64,000 nucleotides of DNA, from contig CAWGTN010000002.1 of the NCBI GenBank assembly GCA_963825525.1, forward strand, positions 1,536,001 to 1,600,000. Reading direction: 5' to 3'. The stretch is from an uncultured Chloroflexia bacterium. GTDB taxonomy: Bacteria > Chloroflexota > Limnocylindria > QHBO01. The notes under the pieces are model-generated. The model worked only from the letters and a program-made list of their open reading frames with translations, did not search any database and was not told the origin of the DNA. Shown here one piece after another: positions 19,097-27,366 of this stretch; within the stretch, counting starts at the first letter, position 1, and each line of letters opens with the position of its first letter. Made by a program: the position numbers and the translations under genes.

Positions 19097-21288
19097 CAGC
19101 GCACCACCACCGCCAGCGCAACGAGCACGAGCACCAGGCCGGCGGCGATCCCCAGGCCATAGTTCTCGACTCGACCGGTCTGGACCTTCCGGAGCCCGCC
19201 GCCCACGGTCCGGGCCAGCCAACCGGCTCCGTTCACCGCGCCGTCGATGATCTTCACGTCGAACCACCACAGGGCGTTGCTGAGCAGGACGCCGCCGCGC
19301 GCCCAGACCAGCCCGTAGAGATCATCCACGTAGTACTTGTTCACGCTGGCCCGATACATCCCGGGCCCGAGGCCGAACGGGATGCGCTCCACGAAGCGCA
19401 CGGCCGACTCTGGTCGCTGCACGTACCAGCGATAGGCGAGCAGCACGCCGCCCACCGCGACCGCCGCCCCGATCAGCAGCAGCAGACCGCCGAGGCCGAA
19501 GAGCTCGAAGCCATGGTGCTCGCCATCCGCGATGGAACCGGCGAGGACCCCGGCATGCGACTCCTCGGCGGCATGGAAGATCTCCTCGAGCCAGCCGTGG
19601 ATCACGCCGCCCTCCGGCGGGATGCCGAGAATGAGACCCGCCAGGATGGTGGGCACGGCCAGGATCGCCAGCGGCGCGACCATGGTCGGGGCGCTCTCGT
19701 GGATGTGGTCCCAGGCCGCCTTCGGCCCGCGCCACTCGCCCCAGAACGTCATGAAGATCATGCGGAACGTGTAGAAGGCGGTCATGAAGGCGACGATGGT
19801 GCCCACGAGATAGAAGACGAGGTACCCGCGGTTGAAGGCCTCGGCCAGGATCTCGTCCTTGCTGAAGAAGCCGGAAAAGATCGGGATGCCGGCCAGCGCC
19901 AGCGAGCCGATGACCATGGTGATATAGGTCCAGCGCATCTTCGCCCGCAGGTTGCCCATGTAGCGCATGTCCTGCTCGCCGCCCGCCCCGTGGATGACGG
20001 AGCCCGAGCCCATGAACAGCAGGCCCTTGAAGAAGCCGTGGCTGACGAGATGGAAGATGGCGGCCACCCATGCGCCGATGCCGAGCGCGAAGAACATGTA
20101 CGCCAGCTGGCTGACGGTCGAGTAGGCCAGCACCTTCTTGATGTCGTTCTGGGTCAGGGCGATCGCCGCGGCAAAGATGGCGGTGAAGACGCCGATGATG
20201 GCCACCGTCCACATCGCGACCGGCGCCTCGGCAAAGATCGGGTTGGCGCGGGCGACCAGGTAGACCCCGGCGTTGACCATGGTCGCCGCGTGGATCAGCG
20301 CGCTGACCGGGGTGGGGCCCTCCATCGCGTCCGGCAGCCAGACGTGGAGCGGGAACTGGGCGCTCTTGCCCACGGCGCCGGCGAAGAGGAGCAGCGCGAT
20401 GACCGTGATCGTGGTCTCGTCGAGTGTCCCGATCCGCTCGAAGACCTCGTGGAAGCTCAGCGTCCCCAGGTTGACCCAGATCATCATGATGCCGAGCCCG
20501 AACCCGAAGTCGCCGACCCGGTTGACGATGAACGCCTTCTTGGCGGCCCCGGCGGCGGAGGGCTTCTTGTACCAGAAGCCGATCAGCGCGTAGCTGCACA
20601 GGCCGACGGCCTCCCAGCCGACGTAGAGCATCAGGAAGTTGTCGCCAAGGATCAGCAGCAGCATGCTGAACATGAAGAGGTTGAGGTAGGCGAAGAACCG
20701 CCAGAAGCCGCGGTCGCCGTCCATGTAGCCGATGGAATAGATGTGGACCAGGAATCCGACCGTGCTGACGACGAGCAGGAGCATGGCCGTCAGTGAGTCC
20801 ACCAGGAACGCGATCTCGATGGTGAAGTCGCCCGAGGCGATCCACTCGTAGATCGAGACCTCGTACTCGTTGCCACCGAACACGACGCTGGCGAACACGA
20901 TCATCGAGAAGACCCACATCAGGCCCACGACCGCGGTCGGCACGACCCACGATCGGTAGCGCGGCCGCTCGGCTCCCGGGGCCACGTGGCCGGCCTGGCC
21001 CAGGCCGTCGCTCATGTCGGACGGGATCACGCCATCGGCGCCCTCGGCGTTCGCAAGGTCATCGGCATGGCCGGCATGCGGGCTGGTGGCGCGCTGCTCT
21101 TCCTCGCTCGGGACCGGACGGAACGCAGAATCGTCGACCGCGTGGTCGTCGTGCGTCCCGTGCTCGGCATCGGCGTGTGCGTCGCCATGGCCGTGGCTCG
21201 GAACGCGGTCCAGCCTGGCTCCGGCGAGCACGGCGAACAGGAACCCGACCAGGGGCAGCGCGGGGATGAGGGCGATCAACAGCTCCAC
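19096..21288 (-). CDS. nuoL: NADH-quinone oxidoreductase subunit L, with His/acidic insertion after TM1
   Basis: GKSAQFPLHVWLPDAMEGPTPVSALIHAATMV, KKVLAYSTVSQL, HGFFKGLLF. Confidence 0.95.
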   Translation of the reverse strand: MELLIALIPALPLVGFLFAVLAGARLDRVPSHGHGDAHADAEHGTHDDHAVDDSAFRPVPSEEEQRATSPHAGHADDLANAEGADGVIPSDMSDGLGQAGHVAPGAERPRYRSWVVPTAVVGLMWVFSMIVFASVVFGGNEYEVSIYEWIASGDFTIEIAFLVDSLTAMLLLVVSTVGFLVHIYSIGYMDGDRGFWRFFAYLNLFMFSMLLLILGDNFLMLYVGWEAVGLCSYALIGFWYKKPSAAGAAKKAFIVNRVGDFGFGLGIMMIWVNLGTLSFHEVFERIGTLDETTITVIALLLFAGAVGKSAQFPLHVWLPDAMEGPTPVSALIHAATMVNAGVYLVARANPIFAEAPVAMWTVAIIGVFTAIFAAAIALTQNDIKKVLAYSTVSQLAYMFFALGIGAWVAAIFHLVSHGFFKGLLFMGSGSVIHGAGGEQDMRYMGNLRAKMRWTYITMVIGSLALAGIPIFSGFFSKDEILAEAFNRGYLVFYLVGTIVAFMTAFYTFRMIFMTFWGEWRGPKAAWDHIHESAPTMVAPLAILAVPTILAGLILGIPPEGGVIHGWLEEIFHAAEESHAGVLAGSIADGEHHGFELFGLGGLLLLIGAAVAVGGVLLAYRWYVQRPESAVRFVERIPFGLGPGMYRASVNKYYVDDLYGLVWARGGVLLSNALWWFDVKIIDGAVNGAGWLARTVGGGLRKVQTGRVENYGLGIAAGLVLVLVALAVVVR

Positions 21289-21298
21289 GGGTGTCTGC

Positions 21299-21604
21299 CT
21301 ACTCCTTCAGATCGGAGTACTGATCGACCTCGGCCGTCTGACGCGTCCGGATGATCGCAATCACCAACGCCAGGCCCACGGTCACCTCGGCTGCGGCGAC
21401 GGCCATGATCATGAGCGCGAAGACGGCGCCCGCATTCGAATCGGGTGGGAGGAAGGCGTTGAAGGCGACCAGGCTCAGGTTCACGGCGTTGAACATCAGC
21501 TCGATGCTGATGAGCATGAGGATCGCGTTGCGGCGGGCCATGAAGCCGAACGTCCCGATGCCGAACAGCATCACGGAGACGATGAGGTAGCCGGTGAGTC
21601 CCAT
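21299..21604 (-). CDS. nuoK: NADH-quinone oxidoreductase subunit K
   Basis: RRNAI..LISIELMFNAVN, AVAAAEVTVGLA. Confidence 0.95.
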   Translation of the reverse strand: MGLTGYLIVSVMLFGIGTFGFMARRNAILMLISIELMFNAVNLSLVAFNAFLPPDSNAGAVFALMIMAVAAAEVTVGLALVIAIIRTRQTAEVDQYSDLKE

Positions 21605-21606
21605 GC

Positions 21607-22116
21607 TCAGTTGGCCCGCTCGTCTTCTTCGGGACGTCGCGCCAGGTAGATGGCGCCGATGATGGCCACCAGGATCAGGAGGCTGATGATCTCGAACGGC
21701 AGCGCAAAGGTGGTGAACACCGCGTTGGCGATGGCGTCAACGGCCGCGGCGACCGGCTGCGGCAGCACGGACCAATCCGTCTGCACGACCGCCCATCCCA
21801 CGACGCCAATGAGGCCGAGCGCCACGACGGCCGCGATCGGAACCTGGCGGTGGAACGGTGCCGGCAGGTTCGCATCGCCAGCCTGGGTCAGCATGATGGC
21901 AAACAGGATGAGCACGCTGATCGCGCCCAGGTAGATGAGGACCTGGGCTGCCGCCACGATGGGGGCGCCGAGCAGCGCATACATCCCGGCCAGTGAGCCG
22001 AAGCAGATCATCATTGCCACGGCCGAATGGATGATGTTGCGCAGCGTCACCACGGCAATGCCGGCTCCCACAACGCCGATGGCGAGCAGGAAGAACAGGA
22101 CGCTGGAGATATCCAG
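21607..22116 (-). CDS. nuoJ: NADH-quinone oxidoreductase subunit J (probable CTG start)
   Basis: AAQVLIYLGAISVLILFAIML, LPFEIISLLIL; extension to CTG 22116 (9 nt after AGGAG) restores TM1 (DISSVLFFLLAIGVV). Confidence 0.9.
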   Translation of the reverse strand: MDISSVLFFLLAIGVVGAGIAVVTLRNIIHSAVAMMICFGSLAGMYALLGAPIVAAAQVLIYLGAISVLILFAIMLTQAGDANLPAPFHRQVPIAAVVALGLIGVVGWAVVQTDWSVLPQPVAAAVDAIANAVFTTFALPFEIISLLILVAIIGAIYLARRPEEDERAN

Positions 22117-22138
22117 GGTCGAATGCTCCTGAGAGAGG

Positions 22139-22183
22139 TTGAGCGCTCAAAACGGTCCCGCTCGGGGACCGCGCTCGATTCTA
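22139..22183 (-). promoter_or_regulatory. Putative internal promoter for nuoJKLMN
   Basis: Minus-strand -10 TAGAAT (22183-22178), leader hairpin at 22154-22170, 12-bp palindrome TTGAGCGCTCAA (22139-22150). Confidence 0.4.
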
Positions 22184-22272
22184 GCGCAGGCATTGCGTGG
22201 TCGCGCGCTGACCCCGTACCCTGCGCGGAACCGCCGACCCTGGCGGAGGAGTGGATGGAGGACGAGGTCACG

Positions 22273-22641
22273 ATGACGAGACGGACCGTTCCGGTACTCG
22301 CGGCGCTCGCGATCGCCCTGGCCGCATGCGGCGGCGGCGGCGGCGGAGGTGGCGCCAACGATGGCGCGGACAATCCGACCAAGGCCACGGTCGAGGCCGG
22401 TGCCGAGCGCGTTGCCTACCTGCTCGCCCCCGGACGGTACCGGATGACGATCAACGAGGACTGCGACGACTACACCATCGCGATCACCCAGGACGGCGGC
22501 GACTTCACGTACACCCTCGACAATTCGCCGATCCGTTTCGTCTTCGTGAACGACGTGCCGGCCGGCAGCTTCTTCATCGAGCAGACCAACGAGGCGTGCA
22601 CTGAGTGGAGCGTTGACCTCAGCAGAGTGAACGCCCCCTGA
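22273..22641 (+). CDS. Small lipoprotein, antisense within the nuo cluster
   Basis: MTRR + hydrophobic stretch + lipobox LAAC, poly-Gly linker, beta-rich domain with two Cys; SD GAGGT. Confidence 0.75.
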   Translation: MTRRTVPVLAALAIALAACGGGGGGGGANDGADNPTKATVEAGAERVAYLLAPGRYRMTINEDCDDYTIAITQDGGDFTYTLDNSPIRFVFVNDVPAGSFFIEQTNEACTEWSVDLSRVNAP

Positions 22642-22695
22642 TCCGACTCGGTGGTCACGCGGATGGCCCCTGAGCCGAAGATGGAACGAATTGGT

Positions 22696-22726
22696 GCGTC
22701 CGGCACGCCACACGAGTGCCGGACGC
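22696..22726. terminator. 11-bp stem-loop between convergent genes
   Basis: GCGTCCGGCAC-N9-GTGCCGGACGC. Confidence 0.5.
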
Positions 22727-22739
22727 TTCCCACGTCGGT

Positions 22740-25136
22740 CTAGCGGGTGGGGCGCTCCCGGTCGGACATCTCGAGAATGTCGAGCATCGGCAGGTCGCGC
22801 TGGTACTCGCTGAACTCGAACTCGGGGCCGCATCGCAGCGCGTCGTACGGACAGGCATCGGCGCAGATGCCACAGAAGATGCAGCGGCTGATATCGAGCT
22901 GGTAGGTCTCGAGGATGCGCGGGCGCGGCATGAGCGCGCCGACCGGGCAGGTCTCCGCGCATCGGCCACAGGAGACGCACGGCGTCTCGTTGAGTGACAC
23001 GAAGTCGGCGGTGGTGACCAGCGAGTCGAAGCCCTTGCCGATGAAGTCGTAGCAGCCGGCGCCCACGATCTCCTTGCAGACCTGGGCGCAGCGGCCGCAG
23101 TCGATGCAGCGGCTGTAGTCGCGCAGGATGAACGAATGCGTCTCGTCCCGGCCGTAGCCGTGGTTCACGCCGACGTACGGGTTGTCCTGGATCGAGCGCT
23201 CGTCGATCGCCATGTTCAGCGTCGTCTCGTACTCGATGGCCGCCTCGCGCAGGTCGCAGTGCCCGATCGCCTCGCAGGTGCACTGAAGGCATCGGCCCGC
23301 CTCGGCCATGGCCTGGTCGCCGGTGTAGCCGAACTCGTACTCGTTGAAGTTCGTGCGGCGCTCGTCGGCCTCCTGCTTGCCCATGATGGCGCGTGGTTCC
23401 TTCACGTCGTCGGTGAAGGGCACGATGGTCAGGAAGTTCGGCTGCGGCTCGGTGACGATGCGGCGCACCTGCGGGTCGTCGAGGTCATGGCCGCGCAGCC
23501 AGTAGTCCATGGCGTAGCTGGCGCGGCGTCCCTCGCCGATCGCCTCGACCACGGTGGCGGCGCCGGTCCGAACGTCGCCGGAGGCGAAGATCTTCGGGAC
23601 ATTGGTGCGGAAGATGTGCTCCTCGGCGACCAACGTGCCGCGGCGCGAGACCTCGAGGCCGGCCCGAATCTCCTCCGGCTCGGACTCGATCCATGACAGC
23701 TCGGGTCCCTGGCCGATGGCGCCGAGGACGGTGTCGCACTCGACGATGAACTCGGTGCCGGGCATCGGCTCGGGCCGACGGCGGCCCTGCGCATCGGGCT
23801 CGCCCAGCTTCATGCGCTGGAACTCGACGCCGTTCACCTTGTCATCGGCGCCGGTCACGATCCGCGTCGGTGCGGCCTGGAAGATGACGCGCGCGCCCTC
23901 CTCGATCGCCTCGTGCACCTCGTCGGCGGCGGGCATGTCCTTGAGGTCGCGGCGATAGACGAGCGTGACCTCCGCCGCGCCCTGCCGGACGCTGGTCCGG
24001 GTGCAGTCGATGGCGGTGAAGCCGCCGCCGATGACCACGACCCTCGCATTCTTCAGGCGCGGGACGGGGACGCCGCGGGTCGAGTTGTAGAGGTTCTCGA
24101 GGGCGTTGACCGTCCCATCGGCCTCTTCGCCCGGGATGCCGAGCTCGTTCGGCTTGTAGCAGCCGATGCCGACGTAGATGGCGTCGTAGTCGTCGATGAT
24201 GTCGCCCAGGTGGAAGTCACGACCGAGGCGCATGTTCGGCTTGAAGGTCGCGCCCAGCTCCCACACGTGGTTGAGCTCGCGGTCCATCCAGCCCTTGGGC
24301 AGCCGGTACTGGGGGATGCCGTAGCGCAGCATGCCGCCCTGCTCCGGGTCGGCCTCGTAGACGTCGCACTGATGGCCGCGCAGCTGGAGGTAATAGGCCG
24401 CGGTCATGCCGGCCGGTCCGGCGCCGATGATCGCCACCTTGCGACCGGTGGGCGGATCCTTCGGCCACGGAATCGGGGCAGGGGCGTCCACTTCGAGCAC
24501 CCGGTCGGCGCAGTAGCGATGCGAGTCACGGATGGCGATGGCCGTGTCGACTTCCTCACGGCGGCAGTGCGTCTCGCACGGAGCGGGACACACGCGGCCG
24601 AGGATGGCGGGGAAGGGAAGGGAGCGCTTGAGGATGCGCGTCGCCTCTTCCCAGTTGCCCAGGGTGTTCTGCTTCAGGTAGCCCGGGATATCGACGCGGG
24701 TGGGGCACTTGAACTGGCACGGGGGAAGGCAGTAGGCGTCGTGGTCGCTGAAGATGAGCTCGAGGACCATGCGACGGTTCTCGATGACCCGCTCGGAGTG
24801 GGTGGTGATGACCATCCCCTCCTCGATGGTCGTTCCGCAGCTGATGGGTGTGTCGTCGCGACCCTCGACCTCGACCGCGCAGATGCGGCAGGCGCCGTAC
24901 GGCGCGAGCTTGGGCTCGTAGCACAGGGTCGGGACGTCGATCCCCAGCACGCGACAGGCCTGGAGGATGGTCTGTCCCTCCTCGACCTGGAGCTCCTTGC
25001 CGTTGATGGTGACGCCGATCTCGCGCGTCCCGGGCACCATCGGCCAGATCGGGGTGTAATCGGCACTCGGGCCGTCACCCGCGCTGCCGTTGCCTGCCCC
25101 GTGGCCGTTCGTTCCGTTCGTCGTTCCGAAGCCCAT
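22740..25136 (-). CDS. NuoG-N-terminal Fe-S / GltD-like FAD-NAD(P)H oxidoreductase / NuoI C-half fusion
   Basis: 2Fe-2S motif CYEP..GACRIC..SC; PPCQFKCP and GRVCPAPCETHC; IIGAGPAG; GGGFTAIDC..YRR; RCLQCTC..HCDL; two CxxCxxCxxxC motifs; C-terminal YQLDISRCIFCGICADACPYDALRCGPEFE. Confidence 0.9.
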   Translation of the reverse strand: MGFGTTNGTNGHGAGNGSAGDGPSADYTPIWPMVPGTREIGVTINGKELQVEEGQTILQACRVLGIDVPTLCYEPKLAPYGACRICAVEVEGRDDTPISCGTTIEEGMVITTHSERVIENRRMVLELIFSDHDAYCLPPCQFKCPTRVDIPGYLKQNTLGNWEEATRILKRSLPFPAILGRVCPAPCETHCRREEVDTAIAIRDSHRYCADRVLEVDAPAPIPWPKDPPTGRKVAIIGAGPAGMTAAYYLQLRGHQCDVYEADPEQGGMLRYGIPQYRLPKGWMDRELNHVWELGATFKPNMRLGRDFHLGDIIDDYDAIYVGIGCYKPNELGIPGEEADGTVNALENLYNSTRGVPVPRLKNARVVVIGGGFTAIDCTRTSVRQGAAEVTLVYRRDLKDMPAADEVHEAIEEGARVIFQAAPTRIVTGADDKVNGVEFQRMKLGEPDAQGRRRPEPMPGTEFIVECDTVLGAIGQGPELSWIESEPEEIRAGLEVSRRGTLVAEEHIFRTNVPKIFASGDVRTGAATVVEAIGEGRRASYAMDYWLRGHDLDDPQVRRIVTEPQPNFLTIVPFTDDVKEPRAIMGKQEADERRTNFNEYEFGYTGDQAMAEAGRCLQCTCEAIGHCDLREAAIEYETTLNMAIDERSIQDNPYVGVNHGYGRDETHSFILRDYSRCIDCGRCAQVCKEIVGAGCYDFIGKGFDSLVTTADFVSLNETPCVSCGRCAETCPVGALMPRPRILETYQLDISRCIFCGICADACPYDALRCGPEFEFSEYQRDLPMLDILEMSDRERPTR

Positions 25137-25156
25137 CGTGTCCTATCGTAGCGAGG

Positions 25157-26521
25157 CTAAGCGCCCGCCGCCGGATCGACTCCGGCAAGAGGCTCGAGAA
25201 GAGGGTGGACGCCGTCGGTGCGGCAGGCGCCGGCCAGGCATTCGCCGCGTTCCGCGTGCGCCCGGTACTCATCGGTGAATCGATCGAGGGTGGTGAGGAT
25301 CGGTCCCGATGCGAGCCGCTCCAGCTTGCAGAGCGCCGTGTCGCTCACCTTGCGCGACAGCTCGCGCAGGAGGTTGAAGTCGTTCGGCCGCGGCGTGGCT
25401 GCGAGGATGCGATCCATGGTCTCGACCAGGCGCTTCGTGCCGATCCGGCACGGGACCGCCTTGCCGCATGCCTCCCGCGCGTTGAAGTCGATGAAGAATC
25501 GGGCGGTGTCGACCATGCAGGTGGCGCTGTCGGTGACGAGCACCGATCCGGAGCCGATGATGGCGCCCGCTTCCTCGAGCGACTCGTAGTCGAACGGCAT
25601 GTTGAGCGAGCCGGCGTCGATGGCCCCACCACCCGGACCGCCGACAAACAGCGCCTTGGTGGTGCCGGTCCCGCCGCCCGCCATTCCGAGCAGGTCGATG
25701 AGCGGTGTTCCCAGCGGCACCTCGACGAGGCCCGGGGTGCCGACGCGGCCCATGATCGTGACGAGCTTGGTGCCGTGGCTGCCTTCGCTCCCAACCGACG
25801 CGAACGCATCCGGCGAGTGGGCCATGATCCATGCCACATGCGCCAGCGTCTCGCCGTTCTGGACGACGGTCGGGGCGCCGTTCAGCCCCTTCTGGGCCGG
25901 GTACGGTGGCCTGATGAGCGGCATGCCGCGGTCGCCGGAGAGGGCGTTGATGAGCGCCGTCTCCTCGCCCGCCACGTAGGCGCCGGAGCCCTCCCACACG
26001 CTGAGCTGGACGCTGGTGTCCGTGCCCAGCACGAGGTAGCCACCCAGGTGCGCATCGGTCGCCTCCGCGATGGCGGCTTGAAGGCGCTCGATGGCGACGG
26101 TCCAGTCACGCCGCACGGCGATGATCGCCTCGCTGGCGCCGGCCGCATACGCCGCAATGACGAGTCCCTCGACGATCAGATGTGGGTTGCCCTCGGCCAG
26201 GGCGCGGTCGCCGAGTGCGCTGGGATCTGCCGCCATGAGGTTGGCGACCACCACCCTGCGATCTCCCGGGGCATCACGCGCGACCCGCCACTTCGCCGCG
26301 GTCGGGAACCCCGATCCGCCGCGACCGCGAAGTCCCGCCGCCTCGATGTCACGAATGACCTCCTCGGGCGCCAGCTTGGTGATGGCGCGCTCGAGTCCGG
26401 CGTACCCGCCGTGCTCGCGGTAGCTCGCGAGGCTGCCCGGGTCAACACGGCCGATGTCGGTCAGGAGACGCGGCTCTCCCTCGGTGAGGATCCGGATCTG
26501 TGGCGAGAGGGTGCCGGTCAT
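25157..26521 (-). CDS. nuoF: NuoF/HydB-like flavoprotein subunit, divergent
   Basis: GLRGRGGSGFPT..KW, GAYVAGEETAL, PPYPA..GL.G.PT; NADEGEPG replaced by NLMAADPS; N3 motif reads CGKAVPC..C. Confidence 0.85.
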   Translation of the reverse strand: MTGTLSPQIRILTEGEPRLLTDIGRVDPGSLASYREHGGYAGLERAITKLAPEEVIRDIEAAGLRGRGGSGFPTAAKWRVARDAPGDRRVVVANLMAADPSALGDRALAEGNPHLIVEGLVIAAYAAGASEAIIAVRRDWTVAIERLQAAIAEATDAHLGGYLVLGTDTSVQLSVWEGSGAYVAGEETALINALSGDRGMPLIRPPYPAQKGLNGAPTVVQNGETLAHVAWIMAHSPDAFASVGSEGSHGTKLVTIMGRVGTPGLVEVPLGTPLIDLLGMAGGGTGTTKALFVGGPGGGAIDAGSLNMPFDYESLEEAGAIIGSGSVLVTDSATCMVDTARFFIDFNAREACGKAVPCRIGTKRLVETMDRILAATPRPNDFNLLRELSRKVSDTALCKLERLASGPILTTLDRFTDEYRAHAERGECLAGACRTDGVHPLLEPLAGVDPAAGA

Positions 26522-27354
26522 GCTCGGTCACGACCCCCGGCCGGCGCGGCCGCCCGGCGCTCACCGACGATGTGCAGGGCCTTCTCTTCGTCGAGCGGGC
26601 CGTACACGAGGGTATCGATCCGCATGGCCGGGCTCAGCGCCCCGGCGCCGACGTCGGGTCGTGTCTCGAGCGAGAACCGGCCGTCTGCCGTCGTCTCGCC
26701 GGGCCGGATGCCGAGCTCCCGTTCGATCGCCGAGAGCAGGCGATCGCCGCCGGCGAACCGACAGGAGGCGCAGTCGCACACCGTCACCAGGTGGCCACTG
26801 GCCGGCAGCAGGCGGAATCCACCGAGTCCGGCGGCACCGAAGACCTGGGCCCAATGGATCGTCATTCGGTCGCTGATCCGGCGCAGTGCCCGCTCCGGGA
26901 GATAGCCATATCGCTCCTCGATGGCGCGGAAGATGGCAACCAGCGCCTCGGGGCGTCCGCCGAACCCGTCAATGACCTGGTCCACGAACGGCGTGTCGAT
27001 CGCCTCGTCCCAGCGCGCCGCGTTTCGCATCGGTTTGGCCTCCAGACCGGCACGTCGATAGGCGTTGGGATCCTTGCGCTCGTCATAGATCTCCGGCATG
27101 CCGTAGCGGATCCGGTTGCCGGTCGAGTCGAACCCGCTCATGTCGATGGCCTCGACCGGACAGACCTGGGCGCACTGGAAGCACACCTCGCACTTGTGCT
27201 CCCCGAACGGGTCGTAGATCAGGTCGAGACGGCCGCGCCAGCGATCGGGGATCTCGGGGCGCTGCTCCGGATACTGCCGCGTCACCTTCGGCGCGAAGAA
27301 GTTCCGCAGGGTCGTCGCCATGCCCTTCGCGATGCCGGAGCCGGGAAATGCCAT
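26518..27354 (-). CDS. NuoI N-half / NuoE-like fusion protein
   Basis: GMATTLRNFF..KVTRQYPE...RWRGR...CEVCFQCAQVCPVEAI (first NuoI half), then NuoE-like YGYLPE, VTVCDCASC, GETTADGRFSLE; SD AGGAGG. Confidence 0.85.
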   Translation of the reverse strand: MAFPGSGIAKGMATTLRNFFAPKVTRQYPEQRPEIPDRWRGRLDLIYDPFGEHKCEVCFQCAQVCPVEAIDMSGFDSTGNRIRYGMPEIYDERKDPNAYRRAGLEAKPMRNAARWDEAIDTPFVDQVIDGFGGRPEALVAIFRAIEERYGYLPERALRRISDRMTIHWAQVFGAAGLGGFRLLPASGHLVTVCDCASCRFAGGDRLLSAIERELGIRPGETTADGRFSLETRPDVGAGALSPAMRIDTLVYGPLDEEKALHIVGERRAAAPAGGRDRA

Positions 27355-27366
27355 GGGTTCGCCCTC

